Shown piece after piece: positions 1-10,677 of a stretch of DNA of 64,000 nt (positions within the stretch are counted from its first letter, which is position 1; every line of letters starts with the position of its first letter). Location: positions 17,008 through 81,007 of the forward strand of contig JAJRTJ010000002.1 in assembly GCA_024278335.1 (NCBI GenBank), read 5' to 3'. The DNA comes from an archaeon (lineage in GTDB: Archaea > Nanobdellota > Nanobdellia > Pacearchaeales > GW2011-AR1). Position numbers and translations under genes: made by a program. The notes under the pieces were generated by a model. That model searched no databases. It saw only the letters and a list, made by a program, of their open reading frames with translations, and was not told the origin of the DNA.

Positions 1-399
1 TTAAGATATAGAAAGATTGCTTCTCCCTTAGCGTTAATTTTAACAAGTATTTGCGAAGTTACAATTATTCTTGGAATTGCTTCTTTCATTGGATGGAACC
101 TAGACCTTCCAAGTATAGCAGGAATTATTGCCGGAGTTGGAACAGGAATTGACAGCCAGCTAATTGTCTTAGATGAAGCAAATCAAAAAGAGGCACTTAG
201 TCTTAAAGAAAAATTAAAAAGAGCATTTAAAATAATTCTTGGAGCATACTTTACTGCAGTTGTCGCACTTCTTCCTTTGATGTGGGCAGGAGCAGGATTA
301 TTAAAAGGATTTGCAATTACAACAATAATTGGAATTTCTGTCGGGGTCTTAATAACTCGACCGGCATTTACAGATATGGTTAAATTTATTGAAAATTAA
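1..399 (+). CDS. secF: SecD/SecF-family protein-export membrane protein, C-terminal part (5-prime end cut by window edge)
   Basis: Frame-1 ORF is open from nt 1 to TAA at 397-399. The translated tail (...IAGIIAGVGTGIDSQLIVLDE...TTIIGISVGVLITRPAF) matches the conserved last transmembrane segments of SecD/SecF. Confidence 0.55.
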   Translation, partial: LRYRKIASPLALILTSICEVTIILGIASFIGWNLDLPSIAGIIAGVGTGIDSQLIVLDEANQKEALSLKEKLKRAFKIILGAYFTAVVALLPLMWAGAGLLKGFAITTIIGISVGVLITRPAFTDMVKFIEN

Positions 400-883
400 A
401 ATGTTTGTTTCAAAACACATAATCTTCGGAGCAATTATTTCTGGCTTTCTTTTATTAGTGTTTCCTCAAATGGGTTTGGTCGGGGCTTCAATTATTTTTC
501 TTTCTTCTGTTTTAATTGATGTAGACCATTATCTTTATTTTGTTTTTGTAAAAAAAGATTTAAGTCTGCCGCGGGCATTTAAATGGTTTAAAAGAACTCA
601 TTATTATCTTATGAAACTTTCAATTAAAGAAAGGCAAAAACACAACGAAGCTTTTCTTTTCTTACATGGAATTGAGCCGCTTATTCTTCTATTTCTTTTT
701 TCAAAAATTTGGTTTTTTTCCTTTTATATTGCATTGGGTTTTATAATTCATTTGTTCTTAGATTATATTGCTTCAATTAATTTTAAGCATCGTCTTGACA
801 AAGTTTTTGTTTTCCATGAATTTTTAAAGTATAAAAAATTTAAATCAAGAGATGGTTACAAGAAAAGAAGAAAAAGAAATTAG
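389..883 (+). CDS. hypothetical polytopic membrane protein (possible membrane-bound metal-dependent hydrolase, DUF457-like)
   Basis: 164-aa ORF with several hydrophobic segments and a DVDHY...H motif. It overlaps the secF stop by 11 nt. Confidence 0.35.
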   Translation: MKIKMFVSKHIIFGAIISGFLLLVFPQMGLVGASIIFLSSVLIDVDHYLYFVFVKKDLSLPRAFKWFKRTHYYLMKLSIKERQKHNEAFLFLHGIEPLILLFLFSKIWFFSFYIALGFIIHLFLDYIASINFKHRLDKVFVFHEFLKYKKFKSRDGYKKRRKRN

Positions 884-2408
884 CAACGATTTAGGGCTCT
901 TAGTTAAATCTTCAATAATTGTTTTTGGGGGGGTTTTTTTATCAAAGATCCTTGCTTATTTCTATCGTATTACAATTGCAAGATACTATGGTCCAGAGGT
1001 TTATGGATTATTTTCCCTTGCACTAATGGTCATCGGATTTTTTATTGCTTTTGCAAGTTTAGGATTTTCAGAGGGATTATTAAGGTTTATCCCAATCTAC
1101 AGGGCAAAAAAACAATATTCTAACATAGCTTATCTTCTAAAATTTGCAAGAAAAACACTATTAATTTCTGGAATTATTGCAGGAATAATTATGTTCCTTT
1201 TTTCTGATTTCATTGCAGTTTCAATCTTTAATGAACCTTCTTTGAAATTATTTCTCCAAATTTTTGCATTCCTTGTGCCAATTCAAATATTTTCTAATAT
1301 CTATCTTTCAGTATTAAGAGCAAATGAGCGAATAAACGCATTTTCCTTTTCATACAATATTCTTCAAAATATTGTTAAGCTAATTTTTATCTTTATCTTT
1401 ATCTTGTTTTTCATAAGTGCCCCCCATGCAATAGCCTTTTCTTATATGCTGGGAATAATTGCAACACTCTCTTTTTCCTATCTTTTTGCTAAGGTTAAGA
1501 TAAAAGAGATTTTTAATCAGACAAATCCCCCCAAGGATGTTTCCAAGAAGATTCTCCAAAGCTTTTTTTCTTATTCATGGCCTCTTGTTTTGTTTGGGAT
1601 AATTGGAACATTGCTTTTTTGGGTGGATACTTTTTCAATAGGATTGTTTAAAGATGCATATTTTGTAGGAATTTATAATTCAGCAATTCCAATTGCAACG
1701 CTTATGGCATTTTCTGGAGAATTGTTTTTACAGCTTTTTTCCCCACTAATTACAAGAACCCTTGCACAAAAAAGATTTAATGTCGCTAAAGAGCTTTCAA
1801 AACAAATAAATAAATGGATTTTTATTATTAACTTGCCTCTCCTAGTTTTGATTCTCTTCTTTCCTGGAGTTTTTATTAATTTCTTCTGGGGAGCAGATTA
1901 TCTTGCAGCCGAAACTGCCCTAAGATTTCTTGCATTTGGGATGTTTATTTTTTCCCTTTCTTCTGTTTCAAGGTCTCTTCTTTCTTCAAAGGGGAAATCA
2001 AAAATTCTTTTGATTAATTTAATTTGTATCTCTGCTATCAATCTTTTGCTCAATTTTCTTTTAGTTCCAAAGTATGGAATTAATGGGGCAGCAATTGCAA
2101 CAATGGCTTCCCTAATCCTGCTTTCAATTATATTGTTTCTTGAAGCATATCTTTTTACAAAACTGTTTCCAATAAGAAGAAAAATGTTAGAAGTTTCAAT
2201 TTCTCTTGCAATTGCCACTCTTTGTTTGTTTTATTTCAGAAGATTTGTCCAAGTAAATCTTTTATCAATGCTTTTAATTGGATCATTTTTTGGATTAATT
2301 TATCTAGCATTATTATTTTTAACAAAATCTTTTGATAAGAACGATTGGGAAATAATCAAGAAAGCAAGAACTAATTTTAAGAAAAAAATTATCTCACGTT
2401 CTTTTTAA
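852..2408 (+). CDS. Wzx-like oligosaccharide/polysaccharide flippase (MOP superfamily polysaccharide biosynthesis protein)
   Basis: 518 aa with about 12-14 predicted TM helices and the typical size and architecture of Wzx/MurJ-type flippases. It lies inside the glycosyltransferase cluster. Confidence 0.55.
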   Translation: MVTRKEEKEISNDLGLLVKSSIIVFGGVFLSKILAYFYRITIARYYGPEVYGLFSLALMVIGFFIAFASLGFSEGLLRFIPIYRAKKQYSNIAYLLKFARKTLLISGIIAGIIMFLFSDFIAVSIFNEPSLKLFLQIFAFLVPIQIFSNIYLSVLRANERINAFSFSYNILQNIVKLIFIFIFILFFISAPHAIAFSYMLGIIATLSFSYLFAKVKIKEIFNQTNPPKDVSKKILQSFFSYSWPLVLFGIIGTLLFWVDTFSIGLFKDAYFVGIYNSAIPIATLMAFSGELFLQLFSPLITRTLAQKRFNVAKELSKQINKWIFIINLPLLVLILFFPGVFINFFWGADYLAAETALRFLAFGMFIFSLSSVSRSLLSSKGKSKILLINLICISAINLLLNFLLVPKYGINGAAIATMASLILLSIILFLEAYLFTKLFPIRRKMLEVSISLAIATLCLFYFRRFVQVNLLSMLLIGSFFGLIYLALLFLTKSFDKNDWEIIKKARTNFKKKIISRSF

Positions 2409-3243
2409 AATAATTTTTATTAATAATCCCTTGAATAGATCCGAAATATCTGACCGTCATAAAGATAAGCATCCAAGGAATCAATAAGGACCAGGATTTG
2501 TTTTCATAACACTTTTTAATTGAGAGTAAGGGAACAATAATTGGAGAAAGAACTATAAGAAAAAAAGGGGCAATCTTATTTTGAATCCATTTGCTTCTGA
2601 TTGAAGCACCAATCCACTTACTTTGCTTATATACTTCTTTCAATGTTGCTGGATTTTTGTGATAACAAATCGCGTCAAAAACTGCGAGAGGTCTTAAGCC
2701 ATATTTAAAATAAAAGGTTAGGTCGTCAGCATAACCATATTTTGAATCAAACCCCCCCATTTTTTTAAATTTAGATTTGAGGATTGCCCTAAAAATCATT
2801 CCCCTTTTTCCTTTCTCTCCTTTAAATGGCTCGTTATTTAAATATAGTCCCCAACACCGGCTCCATATGTTTTTTGGATTATTTGATATTTGTAAATTTT
2901 CCGTCCCGATTTCTTTTCCCTCTTCTATGGGTTTTATTAATTTCTCAAGAAAATCTCTTCTAAATGTCATGTCTGCATCAACAAAAACCAAAACCTTTCC
3001 TTTAGCCTTGCTTGCTCCAAGATTTCTTGAAAATCCCGGACCTTTGTGTTCTCCTTCAATTAATTCAACTCTTTTATCTTTTTTTACAAATTTTTTTACA
3101 ATCTCTTTTGTTTTGTCTTTTGAGCCATCATCAACAATGATTAGTTCAAAATCTTTGTAAGTTTGCACTAAAAGGCTTTTAATACATTCTTTGATATCTC
3201 TTTCTTCATTGTAGGTCGGAATTATAATAGAACTTTTAATCAT
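2389..3243 (-). CDS. family 2 glycosyltransferase (GT-A fold)
   Basis: N-terminal IIIPTYNEERDIKECIKSLLVQTY...ELIIVDDGSKD and a DAD motif (VFVDADM), the canonical GT2 signature. Confidence 0.7.
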   Translation of the reverse strand: MIKSSIIIPTYNEERDIKECIKSLLVQTYKDFELIIVDDGSKDKTKEIVKKFVKKDKRVELIEGEHKGPGFSRNLGASKAKGKVLVFVDADMTFRRDFLEKLIKPIEEGKEIGTENLQISNNPKNIWSRCWGLYLNNEPFKGEKGKRGMIFRAILKSKFKKMGGFDSKYGYADDLTFYFKYGLRPLAVFDAICYHKNPATLKEVYKQSKWIGASIRSKWIQNKIAPFFLIVLSPIIVPLLSIKKCYENKSWSLLIPWMLIFMTVRYFGSIQGIINKNYFKKNVR

Positions 3244-3304
3244 TGTCTCAACATTGTCTCAAAAAATCAGAAAAGATTATAAAGCTTTTCTTTTTTTAAC
3301 TTAA

Positions 3305-4300
3305 ATGAAAATTTTGCTTTTACCAATGGGAGGGATTGGGAATATGTTAATGTTTACACCAACGATTGAGAAACTCCATAAGCAATTTCCTAAAGCGAAA
3401 ATTATGGTGATAATGCAAAAAGATTCTGCCTACGAAGTTTTAAAATCTTTTGATTATTTAGATGTTGTTATCTCTCCTTTGTCAATTCAAAAAGCGATTT
3501 CATTAAGAAAAGAAAATTTTGATCTATGCTTAATTCCTTATCCCTCTTCTGGAGTAAGAAAAATAATTTTCTCTTTAATTGCAGGAGTTAAGCGCATTAT
3601 TTCTCACCCCTACCATATTTTTTGGAAAAAATCCTCTTTATTTATTGATCCGGTCCAAGAAAAAAAACAACACGACATAACTTCTAATCTGGATCTTATT
3701 AGAAAACTTGGAATTAAAATCCTGCCTACAGATTCACAAATGAAGTTTTATTTAAACAAAAAAGACAAAGAATATGCAAATAAATTTTTCAGAGATAAAA
3801 AAATTAAAAAAGCAATTGGAATTCATCTTGGTTCAAGAGAGGGGATGTCATACAAAAGGTGGCCAATTAAAAAATTTAATCAGTTAATTAATTATTTAGT
3901 TAAAAAGGGAAATAATGTTTTAGTTTTTTTTGGATCTGAAGAAGAACCTCTTATCAAAAAAGTTTCTAATTCTCCTGAAGTTTTTTTTATCAGGAATGTA
4001 AGCCTGAGTAAATGTGCCGCATTAATTCAAAAGTGTAATTTTTTTATTTCAAATGATTCTGGACTAATGCACCTAGCAGTTTCTCAAAAAGTTCCAACTC
4101 TGGGGATCTTTGGTCCAACAATTTATTGGAGAACTTTTCCTTATGGAAAACAAAATAAAATTGTAAAGAAAGATTTGCCTTGTACCCCTTGTTATAATCC
4201 ATATAAAAAATTTGTTTGTAAAAACATTAAATGCTTGAATCTTTTAACTTTTGAGCAAGTAAAAAATGCTTTTGAAAAATTATGTGCTGAAACACAATGA
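3305..4300 (+). CDS. family 9 glycosyltransferase (heptosyltransferase-like, GT-B fold)
   Basis: The MKILLLPMGGIGNMLMFTP N-terminus and the C-terminal FISNDSGLMHLA motif are typical of ADP-heptose:LPS heptosyltransferase-family enzymes (GT9). Confidence 0.55.
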   Translation: MKILLLPMGGIGNMLMFTPTIEKLHKQFPKAKIMVIMQKDSAYEVLKSFDYLDVVISPLSIQKAISLRKENFDLCLIPYPSSGVRKIIFSLIAGVKRIISHPYHIFWKKSSLFIDPVQEKKQHDITSNLDLIRKLGIKILPTDSQMKFYLNKKDKEYANKFFRDKKIKKAIGIHLGSREGMSYKRWPIKKFNQLINYLVKKGNNVLVFFGSEEEPLIKKVSNSPEVFFIRNVSLSKCAALIQKCNFFISNDSGLMHLAVSQKVPTLGIFGPTIYWRTFPYGKQNKIVKKDLPCTPCYNPYKKFVCKNIKCLNLLTFEQVKNAFEKLCAETQ

Positions 4301-4445
4301 AATTTGATTAAAAACAATGAAAAATTCAAGAATCATTAAAACAAGGGATAATGCCCCGAAGAATTTAAATATAAAAAATGGTGCTAGATGACATAAGTGT
4401 GTTAGAAGTGATAAAAGCAACCAAGTTTGTAAAGGAAAAATACCG

Positions 4446-5078
4446 ATGAGTTATTATAGTGATATCCAATACGGAACATTATGGACTAAGAATCACATAG
4501 AGCATGAGATATATTATAAGAGATATTTCAAGGGGTGTAAGAGAATTTTAGATATTGGATGTTCTGTGGGAAATTTTATTGTGAACGCGCCAGATAAGAT
4601 AGAAGGGATTGACATAGACAAGGATGCCTTGCGTATCTCAAAAGAGAGGGGATTTAAGGTCAAATATGGAGATATTACTAAAAGACTTCCTTTTTCAGAT
4701 AATACTTTTGATGCAGTTAATTTAAAAAGGGTTTTAGAACATATCCCAAACCCTGAATCAATTATGCGGGAGATTAGAAGAGTGCTTAAACCACAAGGAA
4801 GAATTGTAATTCTTGTCCCAGATATTGGAAAGATGTCAGTAGGAGAGTTTTATAAGGATTATTCTCACTGCACCCCACTTACAAAAACCTCCACATTTAG
4901 GTTGCTCTATAATTCTGGATTCAGGAAGATAGTGATTAGACAATGGCCAAAAGCAATTTATGGCGTGAATACAATATTTTATAAAAGGAAAATCTTGCCT
5001 CTTTGGTTATATTTTATTTTAGAGAGAATATTACTCAGACCACTAGGAACAGAACTAATTGCTATTGCACAAAAATAG
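4446..5078 (+). CDS. class I SAM-dependent methyltransferase
   Basis: Motif I ILDIGCSVGNF and a post-I acidic residue, with the Methyltransf_11/23-like layout. Confidence 0.6.
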   Translation: MSYYSDIQYGTLWTKNHIEHEIYYKRYFKGCKRILDIGCSVGNFIVNAPDKIEGIDIDKDALRISKERGFKVKYGDITKRLPFSDNTFDAVNLKRVLEHIPNPESIMREIRRVLKPQGRIVILVPDIGKMSVGEFYKDYSHCTPLTKTSTFRLLYNSGFRKIVIRQWPKAIYGVNTIFYKRKILPLWLYFILERILLRPLGTELIAIAQK

Positions 5079-5156
5079 TTTTTAGCAAAAGAATTAGAGC
5101 AGTTTTTGAAATTAATTTAGTTACTTTTAAATATAGAGTCATTTTAATTTTTAAAA

Positions 5157-5813
5157 ATGATAGAAAAAGAATTAAAAGAAAACATGAAAGATTTTTATTC
5201 TTCTTCTAAGCTCTATATGAATAAATTAAAAACACATGGAATAGAAGTTTATGCAAAATATCTTCAAAAAATTTTAGAGTTTGTTCCAGCAAAAGCAAGA
5301 GTTTTAGATATAGGGTGTGGTGTAGGACAAGTTTCAAATTTTCTTCAAAAAAAAGGGTATAAAGTAACTGGAATAGACTTCTCTCCATTATTTATTAAGG
5401 AGTCAAAAAAAGCTGGAAAAGCAGATTTTAAAATTATGGATTCAACTAATTTAAAATTCCCTGATTGTTCTTTTGATGCAGTTATCTCTGCAGAAACTCT
5501 GGAGCATATTCCTAATCCAAAAAAAGCATTAGAAGAAATGTCCCGGGTTCTTAGGCAATCGGGATTAATGATTTTAAGATTCCCAAACAAACTTTCGGTT
5601 TTAGATAGTCTTGCTGTTTTTTTGTCAAAAAAACCAAAATTTAAAATTACAAATCCAAATCTTGGAAAAAATGTTGGAGGAGATGATGAAGACCTCTGCT
5701 ATATTGCATCAACAGCAGATATCGGGGTTTTTTTAAAAAATAATGGATTCAAGATTCTTTATTCAAAGCCTCTTTTCTGGCCCTCTGCATTAATTGTTGC
5801 AAGAAAGTATTAA
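5157..5813 (+). CDS. class I SAM-dependent methyltransferase
   Basis: Motif I VLDIGCGVGQVS followed by ...GIDFS. It is in tandem with the preceding methyltransferase. Confidence 0.6.
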   Translation: MIEKELKENMKDFYSSSKLYMNKLKTHGIEVYAKYLQKILEFVPAKARVLDIGCGVGQVSNFLQKKGYKVTGIDFSPLFIKESKKAGKADFKIMDSTNLKFPDCSFDAVISAETLEHIPNPKKALEEMSRVLRQSGLMILRFPNKLSVLDSLAVFLSKKPKFKITNPNLGKNVGGDDEDLCYIASTADIGVFLKNNGFKILYSKPLFWPSALIVARKY

Positions 5814-6055
5814 GATTTCTTTAGTTTTACAGTAGTGTAGGGCCTTCCAGTTTTTTCATTTTTTGGGTATTTGATTATTTCTACCAATCCGAAAAAAATT
5901 AACTCTTCTATTTGGTTTTTGATTGTTTGGTAGCTTGTATTTACCTTAATATCTAGTCTTCTTAAGGAAATTTCCTTCTCTTTTTTTAAAACTTCAAGAA
6001 TTTTCTTTTTTATTTCAAGAGGTTTCCTCTTTCTCATGATATAATTAAATAGCAA
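5810..6055 (-). CDS. small winged-helix DNA-binding protein (putative transcriptional regulator)
   Basis: 81 aa in which KKKILEVLKKEKEISLRRL...SYQTIKNQIEELIFFGLVE resembles a wHTH/ArsR-like fold. Confidence 0.4.
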   Translation of the reverse strand: MLFNYIMRKRKPLEIKKKILEVLKKEKEISLRRLDIKVNTSYQTIKNQIEELIFFGLVEIIKYPKNEKTGRPYTTVKLKKS

Positions 6056-6117
6056 GATTTAAAAGAAGCATGTCACAATATTATATCATGTGGTTGAGAA
6101 AGATTCTGGCAAATCAG

Positions 6118-6190
6118 AGCGACGGTGGTGTAATGGCAAACACGCCTTGCTTCCAACAAGGAGCTCTCGGTTCAATTCCGGGCAGTCGCA
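6118..6190 (+). tRNA. tRNA-Gly (anticodon UCC)
   Basis: Manual cloverleaf fold. Acceptor GCGACGG / CAGTCGC (one G-A mismatch), D stem GTGT/ACAC, anticodon stem CCTTG/CAAGG with loop CTTCCAA (U33, anticodon TCC, A37), T arm CTCGG-TTCAATT-CCGGG, discriminator A. CCA is not encoded. Confidence 0.75.
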
Positions 6191-6206
6191 TATTTTTTTC
6201 TAAAAG

Positions 6207-6557
6207 ATGGCAATTTTAATTAAAATTACTTGGAAAGAATTTAAGAAAATAATTGAGATACTTGAAAGGTATAAATTAAGAGTTGTGACCCTAGATTATA
6301 AAGAAGATTTTTGGTTTAACAAAATGCTTGCTTTATTTTCCCAAACAAAGAAACAGCCACGCAATATTCTGGTTGAAAACCTCTCTCAAAAAGATTTTAA
6401 TAGACTTGTTTTGGTTATTGATATGTGGAATGCAATTAAAAATTTCTCTAAAGATAAAGAGAGACTCCCTTATGACGAAGAATGCGAAATAATCAGTAGC
6501 AAATTACAAAGAGCCTACTTTAAACAGTTTAATGAAAAAGTGTTCCCAAATGATTAA
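6207..6557 (+). CDS. hypothetical protein
   Basis: 116-aa ORF with plausible coding composition but no recognisable motif. Confidence 0.3.
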   Translation: MAILIKITWKEFKKIIEILERYKLRVVTLDYKEDFWFNKMLALFSQTKKQPRNILVENLSQKDFNRLVLVIDMWNAIKNFSKDKERLPYDEECEIISSKLQRAYFKQFNEKVFPND

Positions 6558-6602
6558 ATTCTTTTTGTCAATATTTTTAAATCCCTCTGTGCTTTATCCT
6601 TC

Positions 6603-7760
6603 ATGAACATTATGTTTCAAGTCGGCTCTTGGCATTATGATAAGGGAGGAACAGACTTATTTGTAAAAACTATTGCTCACTGGCTTGCAACAAAAGGGCA
6701 TAAAGTAGTTGTCTTAGCTCACAAGCTTGAAGAAGAAAATTGTTCTAATGAAGATATTAAACAAGGAAAAGGAATAATCAAAGTGAGGTATACCCCAAAA
6801 CAAAGAAAGGGGATTCGGTTTAACCCTTTTGTATATTTATATCGGCTTTTGGTTACTTCAAAATATCTCTATTCCCTTGCAAAAAAAGAGGAAATTGATG
6901 CAATTATTGTTGGAGAAACAGAGCTCCTAAGTGTTCTCCCCCTCAAATTTACAAAGACAAAAATAATCTGCAGAGGCGGGGCTCTTCTTTATGAAACAAT
7001 GAAAAGAGAAGTTCTCAAAGAAAAAGGAAAATCCCTTTCTACTCATCTTTTCATAGCATTTCTAAAGGCATACAATGATTTTACATTAAAGCTTCCAGAC
7101 GCATTTGTTCCGGTCAATCAATCAGAATATAGGTTTCTTAATAAAAAAAAGTCAAAAAAAGCTCAGATTCTCACCATCCCCCACGGAATTCCAACAAATC
7201 TTTTTAAGCCACTAAAAAAAAGAACATCAAAAAAAGTGATCGTCGGGTATGTAGGAAGGCTGGCCCCAATTAAATATCCTGAAGTTGTTTTAGAGATGTT
7301 TCGTCAAGCATCAGAGGGGGCTAATTCTGAATTTTGGTGGATTGGGCCCCTAGACCCTTTTTTTGAAAAAGATTATTTCAAGACTTTAAAAAAGAAACTT
7401 CAAATAAAAAATGCAAAATATCTCGGAAAGATTCAAAATAAAGAGCTTCCAAAATATCTGAATAAGCTGGATATTTTTTTACAAGCAGAACAGCAGACAA
7501 ATGTTTCGCGTTCAACAACTGAGGCAGCTGCATGTGGCCTTCCAATTGTAGCACTAAATCAAGGAAGCGAAGAATACGGATTTTTTACCATGGACCATGA
7601 AAAAGCAGTAGATAAACTAAAATCTTTAATTCAAGATAAAAAACAAAGAGAAAAACAAGGAAAAAAAGCAAGAGAAATAATTCTTCAAAATTTTTCTGAA
7701 GAAAAGATCTATTCAAAATATGTTGATTTAATAAAGAAATTAATAAAACCTAATCAGTAA
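6603..7760 (+). CDS. family 4 glycosyltransferase (GT-B, glycos_transf_1)
   Basis: C-terminal EX7E-type motif ([19 protein letters not shown]) and overall GT4 length and architecture. Confidence 0.65.
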   Translation: MNIMFQVGSWHYDKGGTDLFVKTIAHWLATKGHKVVVLAHKLEEENCSNEDIKQGKGIIKVRYTPKQRKGIRFNPFVYLYRLLVTSKYLYSLAKKEEIDAIIVGETELLSVLPLKFTKTKIICRGGALLYETMKREVLKEKGKSLSTHLFIAFLKAYNDFTLKLPDAFVPVNQSEYRFLNKKKSKKAQILTIPHGIPTNLFKPLKKRTSKKVIVGYVGRLAPIKYPEVVLEMFRQASEGANSEFWWIGPLDPFFEKDYFKTLKKKLQIKNAKYLGKIQNKELPKYLNKLDIFLQAEQQTNVSRSTTEAAACGLPIVALNQGSEEYGFFTMDHEKAVDKLKSLIQDKKQREKQGKKAREIILQNFSEEKIYSKYVDLIKKLIKPNQ

Positions 7761-8934
7761 TTATTCCCGCCCCAATTGTTTCTCCTTCTTCATTCTCCAG
7801 AATAAATCTTCCCATGTTTGGTATCTCACTAAAGTCATCGAAAACAATTTCCTTTTCACACTTCACTTCTCCCTGCACAATATCATTGATTTCTTGTGTA
7901 TCTTTTTCTTCCAGCGTAGAAGAATTAATTATTTTGTTTGCCTTAATTTTACATCTGCTTTCCTGGGTTGTTAATTTCAAAATCGGATTAGATTCTGGAC
8001 TTGAAATCCAAAAAAGATTTACTTTGAATATTTTTTTAATTTTAATCGGTTCCCGAGTTATTACCTCTCCTCTTTCAACAAAAAGAGGTTCTTCGAGGAC
8101 TATTCCCCCAGATTCTCCCAAATCCAATTTTTCTTTCTTGTTTGACCAATTTTCTATACTCTTTATCTTTGTTTTCTTCCCAGATGGCTGAAGAAGAACT
8201 TCTTCTCCCTTTTGCATTTCTCCTGATTCTACTCTTCCAACAAGAATTCTCCTCTCATCAAATTTATAAACATCTTGGACAGGGAACCTCAATTTTCCCT
8301 TTTCCCCCTCTTCAATGCCTATCCTATCTAAGGACTCTAAAAGTGTTTCTCCTGAATCTATTCTTTTTGATTTGTTTACCACATTATCTCCGTCTTTTGC
8401 AGAGACAGGAATTATGCTATGGACTTCCAAATTCAATTTTTTCAGAATTTCTTCAAGTTCTTTTTTAATTTTTTCATAAATAGAAACATCCCAATTAACA
8501 AGGTCCATTTTATTTATTACAACAACGATTTTCTTAATACCCAAGAGAGAGAGGATATATGAATGTCTTTTTGTTTGTTCCTCTATTCCTCTTTTAGCAT
8601 CTACAATTAAAATTGCCGCATCTGCCTGACTTGCCCCAGTAATCATGTTTCTGATGAATTCAACATGTCCTGGAGCATCGATGATGGTGTAATCTCTTTT
8701 TTTCCATTTAAAAAAGATTTGAGTTGTGTCGATAGTAATTCCTTGCTTTCTTTCTTCTTCTAAACTATCGAGAATAAATCCGAATTCCATTTCCTTTCCC
8801 AGCTCCTCACACGTTTTTTTAATTTGTTCAATAAATCCTTCGGGCAGGCTTTTTGCATCAAATAGGATTCTCCCTATAAGAGTAGACTTTCCATGATCTA
8901 CATGCCCTACAATAACTAAATTTTTTTGATTCAT
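7750..8934 (-). CDS. cysN: sulfate adenylyltransferase subunit 1 (CysN GTPase, no APS-kinase domain)
   Basis: G1 motif [20 protein letters not shown] and NKMDL. The stretch [39 protein letters not shown] is near-identical to the CysN consensus. The gene sits adjacent to cysD. Confidence 0.75.
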   Translation of the reverse strand: MNQKNLVIVGHVDHGKSTLIGRILFDAKSLPEGFIEQIKKTCEELGKEMEFGFILDSLEEERKQGITIDTTQIFFKWKKRDYTIIDAPGHVEFIRNMITGASQADAAILIVDAKRGIEEQTKRHSYILSLLGIKKIVVVINKMDLVNWDVSIYEKIKKELEEILKKLNLEVHSIIPVSAKDGDNVVNKSKRIDSGETLLESLDRIGIEEGEKGKLRFPVQDVYKFDERRILVGRVESGEMQKGEEVLLQPSGKKTKIKSIENWSNKKEKLDLGESGGIVLEEPLFVERGEVITREPIKIKKIFKVNLFWISSPESNPILKLTTQESRCKIKANKIINSSTLEEKDTQEINDIVQGEVKCEKEIVFDDFSEIPNMGRFILENEEGETIGAGIITD

Positions 8935-8935
8935 T

Positions 8936-9736
8936 TTACATATACCCCATTGCCCTTAATTTTTGCATCATATATGCCTTTTCTTTGTCCTGAGCTCTTC
9001 CCTTTCTCTCAGCTTCCTTTGTAGTTTCAAGTTCCTTAATTATCTGGTCAATGTTCTTTGCATCACTTAACATAGGAGAACAGCAAGGGACACATCCAAT
9101 ACTTCTATATCTCCTTCCTTCCTTTGCAAAATAAAGGCCGATAATAGGAATATTCTCCTTTTTGATATATCTCCAAATGTCAACTTCTCTCCAATGTAAA
9201 AGAGGATGGATTCGAATGTGCTGGTCTTCTTTTAATTTTTCTTTATACTGATCCCACATTTCTGTGCCTTGATTTTTGTAATCCCATTTAAATTCCTTGT
9301 TTCTTGGGGAAAAATATCTTTCTTTTGCTCTTATTCCATGCTCATCTCTCCTTATCCCCAGAAGTAGCGCCTGAATTCCCTCTTTTTCAATAACTTGTTT
9401 TAATGCCTCTGTTTTTAGGGAATTACAACATTCAAATTTTCCTTTATCTGGACCAATTCTCTTAGCAAGAGCCTCCTCGTTTTTTCCAACAATCAATTTA
9501 AGCCCCCATTCTTTTGCCCTCTCATCCCTGAATTTATACATGTCTGGAAATTTGTGAGTTGTATCAATATGAATAATTGGAAAAGGAATCTTTCCAAAGA
9601 ACGCTTTCCGACACAACCACAGTAAAACAGTAGAATCTTTCCCCATAGACCACAACAAAGCAAGATTGTTATGTTTATAATATGCTTCTCGAATAATATA
9701 GATACTCTTGCTCTCCAATTCACTTAAATAATCCAT
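8936..9736 (-). CDS. cysD: sulfate adenylyltransferase subunit 2 (CysD, PAPS-reductase-like ATP pyrophosphatase)
   Basis: PP-loop [15 protein letters not shown] and CysD-like length (266 aa). It is directly upstream of cysN on the same strand. Confidence 0.75.
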   Translation of the reverse strand: MDYLSELESKSIYIIREAYYKHNNLALLWSMGKDSTVLLWLCRKAFFGKIPFPIIHIDTTHKFPDMYKFRDERAKEWGLKLIVGKNEEALAKRIGPDKGKFECCNSLKTEALKQVIEKEGIQALLLGIRRDEHGIRAKERYFSPRNKEFKWDYKNQGTEMWDQYKEKLKEDQHIRIHPLLHWREVDIWRYIKKENIPIIGLYFAKEGRRYRSIGCVPCCSPMLSDAKNIDQIIKELETTKEAERKGRAQDKEKAYMMQKLRAMGYM

Positions 9737-9816
9737 TTTCTATTTTTTCTCTCGTTCAAGAGTTATGCTAACGCTTACACATAAACATTTATATATCTTG
9801 CCCTTTATTTTTCACC

Positions 9817-10659
9817 ATGAAATTGAAAAAGCCCACAACAATAATTTGTTTAGATTCTTTAGATTACGAGATTGTAGATAAGCATTTTGATTATTTTAAA
9901 CAAAAATTCTCTGGAAAACTTGAAGTTCCAATCCTTCCTCAAGATACCGAACCTGCAACAAATGTTGTATGGACGAGTTTTTCAACAGGGAAATCTCCCG
10001 AAGAGCACAAAATCCGATATTTTAATGTTTATGAAAACCCCCTCTTAAATTTTCTTTATAAGGTAATCTATGGGAATTCTTGGATGTATCGCCTTGCAGT
10101 AAAACTTAAGCTTTTAAAACTAAAAGAGAAACTGGGATTAAAAAAGAAATCAGTTTCTTCAAAGCAAATAGGAAGAACTTTTCTTGAAGAGTATTCATCT
10201 AAAGTGATCAGTCTTCCTTGTTATAATGAAGACAAAATAAACTTTGAAATCAGGAAAAAACTATTTGACGTGCTACAAAATAAGATTTCTGAGGAAGAAT
10301 ATGAAGAGTTGCTACTCAAGGCATTTAATTCAAGATTAAAAAAGTTTGAAGAAGAAATCAATAAACATGAGCTTTTATGCATTCATTTCTTCATTCTTGA
10401 CGCAATTCAACACATGTATTACTATGATGAAAACAAAGTTATTTGGTGGTATAACTTTGTTCTGAATAAACTAAAGCCAATTATAGAAAAAATAAATGGA
10501 GAGATTTATATCATTAGTGATCATGGCCAAAAAAAGGGGATGCATACTTCCTATGGATTTTGGAGTTCTAATTCTGGAAAAATACCTTATTCTTCAATTA
10601 TAGATTTTCATAAGAATCTGAAAAACAAGGAAGCCTCAAAACCCAATTCTTTTAAATAA
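9817..10659 (+). CDS. alkaline-phosphatase-superfamily metalloenzyme (type I phosphodiesterase / nucleotide pyrophosphatase-like)
   Basis: N-terminal IICLDSLDYE plus PATNVVWTSFSTGKSPEEHKI, which fits the NPP-family T..TG..PE.HG motif. A C-terminal IISDHGQ metal-ligand motif is also present. Confidence 0.5.
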   Translation: MKLKKPTTIICLDSLDYEIVDKHFDYFKQKFSGKLEVPILPQDTEPATNVVWTSFSTGKSPEEHKIRYFNVYENPLLNFLYKVIYGNSWMYRLAVKLKLLKLKEKLGLKKKSVSSKQIGRTFLEEYSSKVISLPCYNEDKINFEIRKKLFDVLQNKISEEEYEELLLKAFNSRLKKFEEEINKHELLCIHFFILDAIQHMYYYDENKVIWWYNFVLNKLKPIIEKINGEIYIISDHGQKKGMHTSYGFWSSNSGKIPYSSIIDFHKNLKNKEASKPNSFK

Positions 10660-10677
10660 GTAAATTCTTTTTTATTT

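Noticed and set aside
1898-2218. Numerous short ORFs antisense to, or nested within, larger genes. Examples are 1898..2218, 2777..3160, 5003..5209, 5206..5590, 7814..8468, 17996..18350, 24257..24553, 33287..33545, 34476..34805, 35139..35854 and 62883..63680.
   Set aside because: They overlap much better-supported genes on the other strand or frame. Their odd compositions (Phe/Leu/Ser-rich mirror images of Lys/Glu-rich genes) are typical artefacts of AT-rich DNA. None shows a motif.
6118-6190. G-A mismatch in the tRNA-Gly acceptor stem (G6123/A6184) as a sign of pseudogenisation or an intron.
   Set aside because: All other arms fold canonically, with U33/A37 and a standard T loop. A single mismatch may reflect my manual pairing or a tolerated non-Watson-Crick pair. 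No intron-like insertion is present.
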